A stretch of DNA of 64,000 nucleotides from Candidatus Doudnabacteria bacterium (GTDB lineage: Bacteria; Patescibacteriota; Doudnabacteria; UBA920), in the NCBI GenBank assembly GCA_038230955.1, contig JBBRMG010000002.1, positions 1,199 to 65,198 on the forward strand, written 5' to 3'. The position numbers were made by a program, and so were the translations under genes. Below are positions 41,279-51,445 of the stretch, piece after piece. The stretch's first letter is position 1, and each line of letters starts with the position of its first letter. Under the pieces are notes generated by a model. That model searched no databases, was not told where the DNA came from, and saw only the letters and a program-made list of their open reading frames with translations.

Positions 41279-42004
41279 ATGTTACTACATCTGTACTCTG
41301 AAATTATTTATCGCCCAATATTAAATGTCTTAGTGTTCTTGTATAACATTATTCCCGGACATGATGTTGGTTTGGCGATCATCGCCGTGACTGTCCTAGT
41401 GAGAATAATTCTGGCGCCTTTTATGCACCGTTCATTGAAGAGCCAACAAGCGATGACTGCTTTACAACCAAAGATGAATGATTTACGGGAGCAACATAAG
41501 GATAATAAGGAAGAGCAAGCAAAAGCCATTATGGCTTTATACAAGGAACACAAAGTTAATCCTTTGGCTTCTTGCTTACCGCTCATCATACAGCTACCAA
41601 TTTTAATTGCCCTATATCAAGTATTAGCCAAAGCATTAAGAGGAAATCTAGATGGCCTATATCATTTTGTTCACAACCCAGGTCTCTTAAATCCAAAAAT
41701 GTTTGGATTGATAGATTTGTCTCACCCAAACTTTATTTTTGCTATTGCAGCGGGACTAGCTCAGTTCTGGCAGTCTAAACTAATGACCGCCTCTAACACC
41801 CCTAGCACAGATCCGACAGCTAAAATGATGAACGTTCAAGTGATGTATATTTTGCCATTGATTTCTGTATTCATTGCTTGGCGCTTACCAGCTGGGTTGC
41901 CGTTGTATTGGACCACCACCACTTTGCTGTTAGTCCTGCAGCAAAAATATATTTCTAAGGCAGATCTAAGTACTATCAACTCAACAGCCACTGTTGTTAA
42001 ATAA
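41279..42004 (+). CDS. yidC: membrane protein insertase YidC (short form)
   Basis: YidC/Oxa1 core (LAPFMH...KMNDLREQHKDNKEEQAKAIMALYKEHKVNPLASCLPLIIQLPILIALY). Confidence 0.9.
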   Translation: MLLHLYSEIIYRPILNVLVFLYNIIPGHDVGLAIIAVTVLVRIILAPFMHRSLKSQQAMTALQPKMNDLREQHKDNKEEQAKAIMALYKEHKVNPLASCLPLIIQLPILIALYQVLAKALRGNLDGLYHFVHNPGLLNPKMFGLIDLSHPNFIFAIAAGLAQFWQSKLMTASNTPSTDPTAKMMNVQVMYILPLISVFIAWRLPAGLPLYWTTTTLLLVLQQKYISKADLSTINSTATVVK

Positions 42005-42009
42005 GAACG

Positions 42010-42474
42010 ATGACTGACTACGACAAAGCTGAACAAGTTAAATTGTTAATTCAGAACCTTCTTTCACAAGGCGGTTTTCAGGCCCAAGTTGAATATGAAG
42101 ACAGCTTGCTCAAAGGGCTAGTGTTTAACATTAGCACCCGGGAATCACGTTCCCTTATTGGTCGGCAAGGAATGACCTTGCATGCATTGGAAATTCTAGT
42201 TCATGCATTAGCGGCCCGTACTTTTAAAGGAGAACTATTTCGATTTTCTTTGGACGTCGATGATTATAAGCGTAAGCGTGAGTGGTCTCTAAAAGAGTTG
42301 GCTCGTGAGACTGCAGGAAAACTACAAGCTACAGGTAAGTCTATCGCTTTAGAACCAATGCCCAATTACGAACGCCGCATTGTTCATGCTTACTTACAAG
42401 AAAATTATCCGGAGATTGTTAGTGTCAGTGAGGGCGTGGATCCTAATAGAAAGATTGTTGTTAGTTTGAAGTAG
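42010..42474 (+). CDS. jag: Jag/KhpB RNA-binding protein (KH + R3H)
   Basis: LIGRQGMTLHALEILV (KH) and PMPNYERRIVHAYL (R3H). Confidence 0.85.
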   Translation: MTDYDKAEQVKLLIQNLLSQGGFQAQVEYEDSLLKGLVFNISTRESRSLIGRQGMTLHALEILVHALAARTFKGELFRFSLDVDDYKRKREWSLKELARETAGKLQATGKSIALEPMPNYERRIVHAYLQENYPEIVSVSEGVDPNRKIVVSLK

Positions 42475-42482
42475 GTATACAA

Positions 42483-42593
42483 AAAACACCTCCATCATTG
42501 CTTGAAACTATCGCTCGAGTTGCTGCTGCTGAACTTCGTTCATCATAGCAACTTTGTCGCTCAATAGTTTCCTTGCAACGATGGAGGTGTTTT
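42483..42593. repeat. long-hairpin structured element, copy C (possible ncRNA)
   Basis: 19-bp outer stem aaaacacctccatcattgc/gcaacgatggaggtgtttt (one mismatch). Inner gaaacta/tagtttc helix and agttgct/agcaact hairpin shared with copy B. Confidence 0.55.
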
Positions 42594-42761
42594 GTATTTC
42601 CATTTAAACTGGCAACAACCAGTGTGTTGCATAATAATACTTCAAACTGACAAGCAAGCGTTTATTTTACCCACAGTTTATAATTTATTTAACTTTCTGT
42701 GAACAGGGTTATGCTACGGTAACTGTATGCTATAATATTAATCCCAAGAAAGTTAAATTCT

Positions 42762-43010
42762 ATGACAGAAATAAATTTCCAACCAGTTTTTGATTATATT
42801 GATGCTTTAGAGACAAAGATAGACCCTTTGGTCGAAAGAATTGATGATTTGGGGCACAAATTTGACAATCTTCAATCGGCCGTAGATAAGTCGCTAACGG
42901 ATTTACGCAATATAAATGAGGAGAAAGTAATAACTGCTTATCGTACTAAGCGTTTAGAGGAATGGGCCAAGCCGGTGGGTGAAAAAGTTGAAGTTCCATT
43001 TGAAGTTTAG
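42762..43010 (+). CDS. hypothetical small coiled-coil protein
   Basis: 82 aa, preceded by an extended -10 tgctataat. Confidence 0.4.
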   Translation: MTEINFQPVFDYIDALETKIDPLVERIDDLGHKFDNLQSAVDKSLTDLRNINEEKVITAYRTKRLEEWAKPVGEKVEVPFEV

Positions 43011-43070
43011 GCAAGAATTGAAATCGATAAAATTCCCTTATTAGCGAGGGAGTTTTTGATTGGTGTGGAA

Positions 43071-45902
43071 TTATTGTCCGACGGTGACTGATATTTTTGG
43101 AGTAGTAACACCTGTATCACTTTTTGCAAACAACGAATATTTACCAAGCTTGATTTTGTTGTCAGCCCATTGCACGGAGTATTTGTACCCGTCTTTTGAG
43201 TTGCCGCTAATTATGCCTGGTCCAATAGCTTTTATAATACTACCAGTTTGGTAGTAGAAGATTACTTGAGTATATTGCGCGCTCGCTGAGGCCATAAGCC
43301 CAGCTGGCATAATTAAGAGCGCTCCGTCATTCGGTTGACTCATGACCAAAGGTTGAGGGGCAGATATGGTAACTGTGGTGCTGGCGTCTACTGTGTTGCC
43401 TTGGTTGTCAGTTGCAGTAGCAGTTATTGTATGCGCTCCGTCGGCGTATTTTTTATTAATTTGGAAAGCATATGGTGCTGTAGTCCCGCTGACTATAAAT
43501 TCACCATCAATGGTAATATCTACTTTTGCAATGTTATTACCAGTTGTTTTCACTGTAACCACGAACGGACTTTGAGTGATGATTACATCCTTCAATGGTT
43601 GCGTAATTTCTATTTGCAGATCGTTAGGAGGAGTAACTACCGGAGTGCTTCCCGGGTAAGAGTAGCCATGTGCAAGGGCCCATGCCCTTACTGGGTTTTC
43701 CCAACTCGGGGTATCGGGTTTTTCGCTATGAAGTACGGTAAAGATTTTATCTACAATATTTTCCGGTGGAGTACTGCTATTAGCGGGTAGGCCGGTGGTA
43801 CTGTCGATTTTCACTGAAACATGAACATTATCATAATCTTTCGGAACGGAGTAGTCAGCAAACACTTCAGACTTAGTGTCGGATGAATATTGTGATGGCA
43901 ACTTGCCTGATAGATTATCAATTGTGACATGGGTAATACCTTGGGGTTCTTTAAAATCTTCTTTGGGCCGTTTGCCTAAAGCAGTATTCATAAATGTTTT
44001 AACAATCGGCGCGGCAGTAAATACGCCGTCTGACCCTGGCTTCATTAGAGTGCCGTCATTGTTGCCAGACCACACTCCTACAGATAGGTTTGGGGTAAAG
44101 CACATTGTCCAGCCATCATGCCAACTTTGAGTAGTACCTGTCTTACAAGCCACTTGTTGCCCTGGGTAGGCTAAGGGTGAGGTAGCACCAAATACATAAG
44201 CGCGGGCGTTGTTGTCCGTCATTATGTTAATCAATTCATATGCGGCTTGTGGGTCAACAATTTGCTGATGCTTGTCTTTGAACTCTTCCATTATCTTGCC
44301 GTCTTGTCCTTCGATTTTCATAATTGCGGTTTGTTGGTGCTTGTCACCCATATTAGCGATAGCTCCAAATGCTGCCACATGATCCACCAGCCGCACTTCA
44401 CATCCACCCAATACTAAAGACAAACCACAGTTCTGCAATGACGACGTTATCCCGAGCTTGCGCGCGATCTCAGTAACATTGTTCACACCAACCAAAGCCA
44501 AAGTTTTTACAGCTGGGATGTTCAAGCTGCCCGCCAGAGCTTTGCGCATGGACACAGGACCATTGCTTTCACCGCTATAGTTATGAGGGACATAATCCTT
44601 GCCACCATAGCTACCAAAGTTAGTGACGACATCAATTAATACTGATGCCGGAGCATATTTAAAGTCGGGCCCAACAGCAGTTATATAGGCATAAGGCTTA
44701 AAGCTACTCCCTGGTTGTCGCTGTGATGTGGCGACATTAACATTTGGTTCAAACAGACAATTTTTCCCAGGAGTGCAACCAGCAGGAGTGGATTCACCAA
44801 AGTAGTCTTTGCTCCCAACCATAGCTAGTATTTGACCCGTTTTTGGATCGGTCGCTACTAGGGCTGCATTGTTTGCGTTATATTTTTTTGAGAAGTTGTC
44901 CACTCCACTTTTAACAGCTGCTTCAGCTGCTGTTTGTAATTCGGGGTCTAGAGTAGTGTAAACTTTTAATCCACCATTCTCTAAAGTGCTTTCACCGTAC
45001 TTGTTAGCCAGATAGTCTTGCACAAACATTACGAAGTGCGGCGCCTTAATAGAATTAGACACTGGAACGAACGTCACTTTATCATTTAATGCAGCTTGAT
45101 ACTGTGAGTCGTTAATATAATTTTGATCTTTCATTCTTTGCAACACCAAGTGTTGTCGTGATTGCAAAGCATCAAAATGAGGACCAGTCGGACTATAATA
45201 AGTCGGAGCCTGAGGAATTGCTGCTAAGTATGCAGCCTGAGCGAGCGATAATTTATCCGCTGTAGTATTAAAATAAGTTTCTGCCGCCGCTTCGACCCCG
45301 TATGCATTGCGTCCATAAGGAATTTCATTTAGGTATAATTTAAGAATGTCATTTTTAGAGAAACGGGCTTCAATTTCTATTGATAAAATAATTTCTTTGA
45401 TTTTTCTCAGAATAGATTTGTCTCGGGTCAGAACCGCATTTTTAACAAATTGTTGAGTAATAGTACTGCCTCCCTGTTTGGCCTGACCAGAAGCAACGTC
45501 TACTAATGCTGACCGCAGTGTTCCTGTGATGGAAATACCACCGTGCTTGTAAAAATCTTTGTCTTCAATTGCTATGGTGGCATGCTGTAGATCTGGAGAC
45601 ACTTGGTCCAGCTTAACTAAAGTTCGTTTTACTTCCCCATGAACTTCATATAGTAGTCCCCCATTACGATCGTAAATTTTAGTTGATTCCGGTACGTTGC
45701 GGCCAAGTAATCGGTTTGGATCTGGTAACGCCCTACTATAATAAACAAACAGAAGAGCAATAAATAGGACGCCCGCCGCCGTAAGACGCAAGATCCATGT
45801 TAAAGCCTGCTTCCGGTTAATATTGCGGAAGAATCGTTTAATTTTTTTTACCCAAGCTTTAGTGTTAGTGGCTGGCGAATTCGAGTAGTCGTATATACGC
45901 AT
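43071..45902 (-). CDS. class A penicillin-binding protein (transglycosylase + transpeptidase) with C-terminal Ig-like extension
   Basis: GT51 motifs (ATIAIEDKDFYKHGG, GGSTITQQFVKN), SxxK (SGSSFKPYAY), KTGTT. Extra ~180-aa beta-rich C-terminus. Confidence 0.9.
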   Translation of the reverse strand: MRIYDYSNSPATNTKAWVKKIKRFFRNINRKQALTWILRLTAAGVLFIALLFVYYSRALPDPNRLLGRNVPESTKIYDRNGGLLYEVHGEVKRTLVKLDQVSPDLQHATIAIEDKDFYKHGGISITGTLRSALVDVASGQAKQGGSTITQQFVKNAVLTRDKSILRKIKEIILSIEIEARFSKNDILKLYLNEIPYGRNAYGVEAAAETYFNTTADKLSLAQAAYLAAIPQAPTYYSPTGPHFDALQSRQHLVLQRMKDQNYINDSQYQAALNDKVTFVPVSNSIKAPHFVMFVQDYLANKYGESTLENGGLKVYTTLDPELQTAAEAAVKSGVDNFSKKYNANNAALVATDPKTGQILAMVGSKDYFGESTPAGCTPGKNCLFEPNVNVATSQRQPGSSFKPYAYITAVGPDFKYAPASVLIDVVTNFGSYGGKDYVPHNYSGESNGPVSMRKALAGSLNIPAVKTLALVGVNNVTEIARKLGITSSLQNCGLSLVLGGCEVRLVDHVAAFGAIANMGDKHQQTAIMKIEGQDGKIMEEFKDKHQQIVDPQAAYELINIMTDNNARAYVFGATSPLAYPGQQVACKTGTTQSWHDGWTMCFTPNLSVGVWSGNNDGTLMKPGSDGVFTAAPIVKTFMNTALGKRPKEDFKEPQGITHVTIDNLSGKLPSQYSSDTKSEVFADYSVPKDYDNVHVSVKIDSTTGLPANSSTPPENIVDKIFTVLHSEKPDTPSWENPVRAWALAHGYSYPGSTPVVTPPNDLQIEITQPLKDVIITQSPFVVTVKTTGNNIAKVDITIDGEFIVSGTTAPYAFQINKKYADGAHTITATATDNQGNTVDASTTVTISAPQPLVMSQPNDGALLIMPAGLMASASAQYTQVIFYYQTGSIIKAIGPGIISGNSKDGYKYSVQWADNKIKLGKYSLFAKSDTGVTTPKISVTVGQ

Positions 45903-45990
45903 AGTTCATCTATTATACCCTTTATTGGGTATCTAAGTAAAAAAAAGTAAAAATGTTATACTGTATATAAGACGTATTCATAACAGTACT

Positions 45991-47172
45991 ATGACAAAAC
46001 AAGAGCAAATTAACGGCATACTTAAGCGGGGCGTCGAGGAAATTATCCACGAAAAACACTTAGCCGAGAGCTTAAAAGGGCGTAAGAAATTAAGGGTTAA
46101 ACTTGGCATTGACCCAACTAGCCCTAATATTCACATCGGCCGAGCTGTGGTTTTGTGGAAACTCCGCGCTTTTCAGGAATTAGGTCATCAGGTCGTGTTT
46201 ATTGTGGGTGACTTTACTGGATTAATTGGCGATACATCCGATAAAGACTCAGAGCGCCCGATGTTAACGGAGAGGCAGGTTACGCAAAACATGAAAACGT
46301 ATTTCGACCAAGCTTTTATGGTATTGGACAAAACTAAGACAGAAGTTCACTATAATTCAACTTGGTTAAAGAAGCTCGGATTTGCGGAGATTGGGAAGAT
46401 GGCAGACGCGTTTGGCCTGCATGAGTTTTCTAGTCGCGAGAACATTAAAAAGCGCTTAGATGTAGGGAAAAGAGTGTCCTTGCGGGAATTGATGTACCCA
46501 CTAATGCAAGGTTACGATAGCGTCCATGTGAAGGCCGATATTGAGCTAGGCGGGACTGATCAGCGTTTTAACATGTTAGCCGGTCGGACCATTCAGCAGT
46601 TATATGGACAGGAACCGCAGGATTTAATGACAATGACCTTACTGGAAGGGACGGATGGTCGCAAAATGTCCTCGTCTTGGGGCAATACAATTAATTTAGT
46701 TGATGATCCTCATACAATGTTTGGCAAAGCTATGTCGATCCCTGATAGCTTAATCGAAAAGTTCTTTAATCTAGCAACACCGACTTTATGGAAGCATATT
46801 GATGAGATTATGCACAGCTATGACAACCCCCGTGATCAGAAATTAATTTTGGCTCACACAATTACGGCTCAGTATCACGGTGCCGATAAGTCACGGATGG
46901 CGCAAGAACAATTCATTTCCCAGTTCAGCAAAAAAGAGATTCCCACAGATATTCCTTCGATAAAGCTGAAGGCGGGAAAATATACTGCGATAGATTTATT
47001 AGCTGACCAAAAGTTGGTGGCTAGCAAGGGTGAGGCTCGCCGCGTCTTGGCTCAGAATGGTGTAAAGATGGATGGTAAAACTTTTGTTGGTGACACTTTT
47101 GAATTAAAGCCGGGCGCCGAATTTGTGGTTCAGGTTGGCAAGCGAAAATTTCTCAAAATAAAAAGCCGCTAA
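45991..47172 (+). CDS. tyrS: tyrosine--tRNA ligase
   Basis: HIGR (HIGH motif), KMSSS (KMSKS), C-terminal S4 domain. Confidence 0.85.
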   Translation: MTKQEQINGILKRGVEEIIHEKHLAESLKGRKKLRVKLGIDPTSPNIHIGRAVVLWKLRAFQELGHQVVFIVGDFTGLIGDTSDKDSERPMLTERQVTQNMKTYFDQAFMVLDKTKTEVHYNSTWLKKLGFAEIGKMADAFGLHEFSSRENIKKRLDVGKRVSLRELMYPLMQGYDSVHVKADIELGGTDQRFNMLAGRTIQQLYGQEPQDLMTMTLLEGTDGRKMSSSWGNTINLVDDPHTMFGKAMSIPDSLIEKFFNLATPTLWKHIDEIMHSYDNPRDQKLILAHTITAQYHGADKSRMAQEQFISQFSKKEIPTDIPSIKLKAGKYTAIDLLADQKLVASKGEARRVLAQNGVKMDGKTFVGDTFELKPGAEFVVQVGKRKFLKIKSR

Positions 47173-47206
47173 CTTGCGGCACCGCATTAAACATTATAGT
47201 TAAAAA

Positions 47207-47231
47207 TAAAACCCTCTCGCGAGGGTTTTAA
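47207..47231. terminator. bidirectional rho-independent terminator
   Basis: aaaccctctcgcgagggtttt flanked by A/T tracts. Confidence 0.65.
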
Positions 47232-47235
47232 AATT

Positions 47236-47343
47236 TAGACAGCTGCTGTTTCTTCAGGAGCTGCTTCTTCAGTCTTGGTTTCTTCGGCTGTGTCGTCCAT
47301 AGGAGCGGCTGCGCCGGTGTTATCCATTTCGTCTTCGAACATA
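47236..47343 (-). CDS. putative 35-aa acidic small protein
   Basis: MFEDEMDNTGAAAPMDDTAEETKTEEAAPEETAAV. AAGGGAA RBS-like sequence upstream. Ends at a terminator. Not in the ORF track (under 60 aa). Confidence 0.25.
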
Positions 47344-47466
47344 GTATGTTCCCTTCGTTCTCTTCAGTAAATTCTTTCAGAGAAGCATTAGTTGGTTCCT
47401 GCCTGTGCTGGAACTATGCGACTATTGTAGCACGCATAGTCAGTTCTGTCCAGCGGTGAAATATGA

Positions 47467-47949
47467 CTAAATCATTTGTGCAAGCGCCGCGCATAATGCA
47501 ATCGCTAATGCGTCGGCTGCGTCATCCGGTTTAGGAATGGTTTTTAACTTAAAAGTTTTTTGAACCATGAGCTGAACTTGTTTTTTTTCAGCTTGGCCGT
47601 ATCCGCACAAAGTACTTTTCACTTGTAACGGTGTGAATTCTAGGATTGGCACATGAGCCTGCTCGCAAATTAACAATGCTACACCTCTAGCTTGAGCCAC
47701 CGTAATAGCGGTTTTCTGATTATTAGTGAAAAATAGCCGCTCTATACCTACTCGATCCGGCTTATATTTCTTAATTAATCTTGTCATGTCGTAAGCAAGA
47801 GTAGCTAGTCTAGTGGAGTCTGCTTCCCCCTTTTTTGTTGTAACCACGCCAAATTCTACGACTTGAAATTCATCCTTTTTCCCTGGCAGCGTTTTAATTA
47901 TCCCGTAGCCGGTGGTGGCAGTTCCCGGATCAATGCCTAATATAATCAT
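47467..47949 (-). CDS. ruvC: crossover junction endodeoxyribonuclease RuvC
   Basis: MIILGIDPGTATTGYGII... Confidence 0.88.
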   Translation of the reverse strand: MIILGIDPGTATTGYGIIKTLPGKKDEFQVVEFGVVTTKKGEADSTRLATLAYDMTRLIKKYKPDRVGIERLFFTNNQKTAITVAQARGVALLICEQAHVPILEFTPLQVKSTLCGYGQAEKKQVQLMVQKTFKLKTIPKPDDAADALAIALCAALAQMI

Positions 47950-48668
47950 AAGATTGCGTTAGTGTGAACGCCAATTACATCTTCGTCGTTTTCTAGCTCA
48001 TCGAACAATACTCCGACTTTGTGCTTTTGATCATCTGTTAAGTCAACGCCCTGAGCGCTCTCTTTTATTATTTCTGCTTGAGCGATTTTTGCTCCGGCAT
48101 CGCTAATGACTTTTTTTATTTTGATAAGATCATTTGGTGCGGTATAAATTTCTAAGCCTTCTTCCGATTCCTTGACATCTTCCGCTCCGGCATCAATTGC
48201 TATAAGTTCCAGCTCAGTCAGATCTTTGCCACCTCTTTCGATTAGTATTTGGCCCCGAGTCTGGAATTGCCAGGCTACAGAACCAGTGGCACCTAGGTTG
48301 CCGCCGCTTTTGGATAAAGTATGTTTAATGCTACTGACTGTGCGGTTTTTATTATCGGTGGCAGCTTCAATAATAAAGGCTGTACCGAATGGTCCGTACC
48401 CTTCATACACCGCTTCTTCTATTAATGCGCCGCCTTCACCCAAACCTTTTTTAATGGCACGCTCAATATTGTCATTGGGAAGACTGTATTCTTTAGCGAT
48501 ATCAATGGCTCCCCGGAGCTGCATGTTGAGAGCGGGGTCACCAATGTTACCGCCGTCTTTGACAGCAATGCTAATTTTTTTTGATAACTTGGAAAACAAC
48601 GCCCCCCGTTTTACATCGGCCGCGCCCTTGCTTCTTTTAATTTGTGACCACTTACTGTGTCCGCTCAT
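47946..48668 (-). CDS. yebC: YebC/PmpR family DNA-binding regulatory protein
   Basis: MSGHSKWSQIKRSKGAADVKRGALFSKLSKKI. Confidence 0.9.
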   Translation of the reverse strand: MSGHSKWSQIKRSKGAADVKRGALFSKLSKKISIAVKDGGNIGDPALNMQLRGAIDIAKEYSLPNDNIERAIKKGLGEGGALIEEAVYEGYGPFGTAFIIEAATDNKNRTVSSIKHTLSKSGGNLGATGSVAWQFQTRGQILIERGGKDLTELELIAIDAGAEDVKESEEGLEIYTAPNDLIKIKKVISDAGAKIAQAEIIKESAQGVDLTDDQKHKVGVLFDELENDEDVIGVHTNAIL

Positions 48669-48677
48669 AATAATGAA

Positions 48678-49343
48678 TTATTTAAATGAGACAACTAAGG
48701 TGATTTCCCCTTTTATTGTGGTTTTCTTCTTGAGTTCTTCCAAGGTCTCGCTGACTGTCCCACGTACAAACTGTTCATGCAGTTTGGTTACCTCACGACC
48801 GACAGCGACTTTGGCGTTTGGCTCTAGTGTTTTTATTAGATCCAATGTTTTTATAATACGTTGAGGAGATTCATATGCAACAAGAGTTGCCGCGGCGTTT
48901 TTTGCTTCGTCTATAATCCGTTTTAGTTTCGGTTCAGTTTTAGGGAGAAAACCGACAAACAAGAACCGGTCGGTCGGTAGGCCAGAGGCAGCCAGTGCGC
49001 TAATGGAGGCGCTAGCTCCGGGAATGGGCATAACTTCAATGCCGGCGTCTACGCATGCGCGCACTAAGCGAAAGCCGGGATCAGAAATGGCGGGCATGCC
49101 GGCATCGCTAACCAATGCCGCATCTGTGATTGCTAGCTGTTCTATTAGTTTTGGCAAAACCCGCTGTTCGTTATGATCCGCAAATTGCACTAAAGTTTTG
49201 CCTGTAATTTCGTAGTGATTTAAGAGTTTACGGGTGTGTCCCGGATTTTCAGCAATTATAGTGGCGACTGACTTTAGAGTTTCGATGGCTCTGAGGGTCA
49301 TATCACCCAAATTACCGATTGGGGTAGCTACAATATATAACAT
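48678..49343 (-). CDS. rsmI: 16S rRNA (cytidine1402-2'-O)-methyltransferase RsmI
   Basis: LYIVATPIGNLGDMTLRAIETL tetrapyrrole-methylase fold. Start set at the internal ATG 49343. Confidence 0.8.
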   Translation of the reverse strand: MLYIVATPIGNLGDMTLRAIETLKSVATIIAENPGHTRKLLNHYEITGKTLVQFADHNEQRVLPKLIEQLAITDAALVSDAGMPAISDPGFRLVRACVDAGIEVMPIPGASASISALAASGLPTDRFLFVGFLPKTEPKLKRIIDEAKNAAATLVAYESPQRIIKTLDLIKTLEPNAKVAVGREVTKLHEQFVRGTVSETLEELKKKTTIKGEITLVVSFK

Positions 49344-49365
49344 AAGGAAAGTGGTTACGGCATTA

Positions 49366-49644
49366 CTACCAGCTGCGGTCGTTGGCTTCAAGGTGAAAAA
49401 TGTCTTCAATAAGATCGTATTCGACTTTCATTTTGGCTCGATAATCTTCCAGTCGATCTTTTTCGGCACCCTTACCATTGAACCAATCATCATAAGTCCG
49501 GTTTAGCTCTCGGTCAATTTCCATGCAACGGGCAAAAGCCTGCTCCTCTGTTTGAGGGCCTTTGTCTAGCCACTGGTCATAAGTCATGCCCAAAGCCTCA
49601 GTGTATTTATCTTCAAATAATTCTTTGATGTCTTCTTGATCCAT
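49366..49644 (-). CDS. hypothetical protein
   Basis: 92-aa acidic ORF between TrmB copy 3 and rsmI. Nothing else supports it. Confidence 0.35.
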   Translation of the reverse strand: MDQEDIKELFEDKYTEALGMTYDQWLDKGPQTEEQAFARCMEIDRELNRTYDDWFNGKGAEKDRLEDYRAKMKVEYDLIEDIFHLEANDRSW

Positions 49645-49668
49645 GTAGGTAGTATAATTCAGCTGAGG

Positions 49669-50430
49669 CTAGGAATCAATTTCTTGCCAGATTCCTTTAA
49701 ACATTTCGCGAAAATTGTCTGCCATAACAGAATCATATATTTCCACCAGATAATGAGGCCTTTGGCTGGTGACAATCATAATGATATAACTGCCATTGAC
49801 CCAAGTGGTGGCGGTGAGGTTTTTACTCCCCCGCCAATATTTTATTACGCGGTTTGGGAATTTTTTTTGTTTGATATTTTCCGCTAATTCATTACTCAAC
49901 AATTTAAGTTTGGCATGTTGCGGTGAGCCCTCTTCCCAATACCAATCAATCCATTTTTCATAGTGTTTAACAAAACTGGGATCCTGAAACCCCCACCAAA
50001 CGCCGTCAGTTTCTTGAATGCTTTTGTTCCAGTTTGGCGTTTGCTTATAAAGGTAATCATCTAATTTGTCTTCCGGGATGAACGACACTTTTGGGATGGA
50101 ATATTTGGCGCCGCCAATAAGAGATTGTAGTTCCATTACTGCTTTTTCGGCAATTCTTGCCTGCTTGTCTATAGATTCTCTTTGTTTATTAATAGAAATG
50201 ACTAATTCTTGTGGCGGCTTGGCAACCAAGTATGTTTTAGTTGCACCCAAATCTTCTGTAATAATGCCGCGCTCTATTAAATCTTTGGCCACACTGTAAA
50301 CAGTTGTGCGGTTAATTTTGGTTAATTTGGCAACATTGGTATGGGTAACTTTTCCCTGCTGGAGCACCGTCACATAGACATTTATTTCCTTATCGCTTAG
50401 ACCTAGTTGGCTCAATAATTCATTAATCAT
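49669..50430 (-). CDS. TrmB-family transcriptional regulator (copy 3)
   Basis: LGLSDKEINVYVTVLQQGKVTHTNVAKLTKINRTTVYSVAKDL wHTH. C-terminus ends MFKGIWQEI. Confidence 0.75.
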   Translation of the reverse strand: MINELLSQLGLSDKEINVYVTVLQQGKVTHTNVAKLTKINRTTVYSVAKDLIERGIITEDLGATKTYLVAKPPQELVISINKQRESIDKQARIAEKAVMELQSLIGGAKYSIPKVSFIPEDKLDDYLYKQTPNWNKSIQETDGVWWGFQDPSFVKHYEKWIDWYWEEGSPQHAKLKLLSNELAENIKQKKFPNRVIKYWRGSKNLTATTWVNGSYIIMIVTSQRPHYLVEIYDSVMADNFREMFKGIWQEIDS

Positions 50431-50593
50431 ACAATAATTCTAGCATGTTGTTGATAAATTGTCAACAATAATACATTGCTTGTTTATAAGTGAAATAAGA
50501 AACAGTAGTTAACTTACGTTGATATATTATTGACAAAATGTTAATTTTGAGGTATAGTTAGTTCTTCATTAATTAATCAAAGAAAGGAATTAC

Positions 50594-51430
50594 ATGAAGA
50601 CATATATAAATGCAGTTGTAGTTATCATTGCTATTGTAGCATTGGTTACCAGTGGGGTTGCGTTAAAGAAGGATTCTTCCAGCATCTCCGCGGTGAGTGT
50701 GAGCGATAAGGTCATTAAGAGCGGGGAGCTTCGCATCGGATATATTGTGTATCCCCCACTTCTAATGAAAGACTCGACAAGTGGCAAGCTGTCAGGTATT
50801 TCTTATGACATTGTCGAGCAAGCAGCCAAAAAACTTGGCTTAAAAACAAATTGGGTGGAAGAAGTAGGGTGGGGGTCTGCTATCGAAGGGTTGAAGGACA
50901 ATCGCTATGACATTTTGGGGACAGAAATGTGGCCCAACACCGCCAGGGCTCGCGAAGCAGTATTTTCGAAAGCCCCGATGAATAGCGTGGTCTATCCCTA
51001 TGTCCGACCTGGGGATCAGCGCTTTACTGATTTATCAAAAATAAATTCTAGCCAAAATACAATTAGCGTTCTTGATGGAGAAATGGCTTCTTTTATAGCG
51101 GCGCAGGATTACCCACAAGCCAAGACAAATACTTTGCCCCAATTAGCATCGTATTCCGATGTACTGCTAAATGTCACTACTAATAAGGCAGATTTGGTTT
51201 TTGTTGAGCCTTCTGTCGCAGATGGATTCCTCAAATCACATCCAGGTTCAATCGAACAATTATCTAAGTTGCCATTACGCACTCTTGGCAACGGGTTTGC
51301 TTTAGCTCGTGGTCAAGATTCAATGGTAGGGATGTGGAATATTGCGATGGACGAAATGATTAGAGAAGGTGCTATTGCTAGTATATTAGCAAAGTACAAT
51401 GCTTCGTCCGAGTACACAGTAAATAAGTAG
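50594..51430 (+). CDS. amino-acid ABC transporter substrate-binding protein (family 3 / PBP2)
   Basis: TM/signal anchor. LRIGYIVYPPLLM...DILGTEMWPNTAR. First gene of a three-gene ABC operon. Confidence 0.75.
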   Translation: MKTYINAVVVIIAIVALVTSGVALKKDSSSISAVSVSDKVIKSGELRIGYIVYPPLLMKDSTSGKLSGISYDIVEQAAKKLGLKTNWVEEVGWGSAIEGLKDNRYDILGTEMWPNTARAREAVFSKAPMNSVVYPYVRPGDQRFTDLSKINSSQNTISVLDGEMASFIAAQDYPQAKTNTLPQLASYSDVLLNVTTNKADLVFVEPSVADGFLKSHPGSIEQLSKLPLRTLGNGFALARGQDSMVGMWNIAMDEMIREGAIASILAKYNASSEYTVNK

Positions 51431-51445
51431 TACTAATAAAGCTTT

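Noticed and set aside
47415-47440. ctatgcg...cgcatag hairpin downstream of ruvC as a terminator
   Set aside because: No adjacent U tract on either strand. Treated as an incidental stem.
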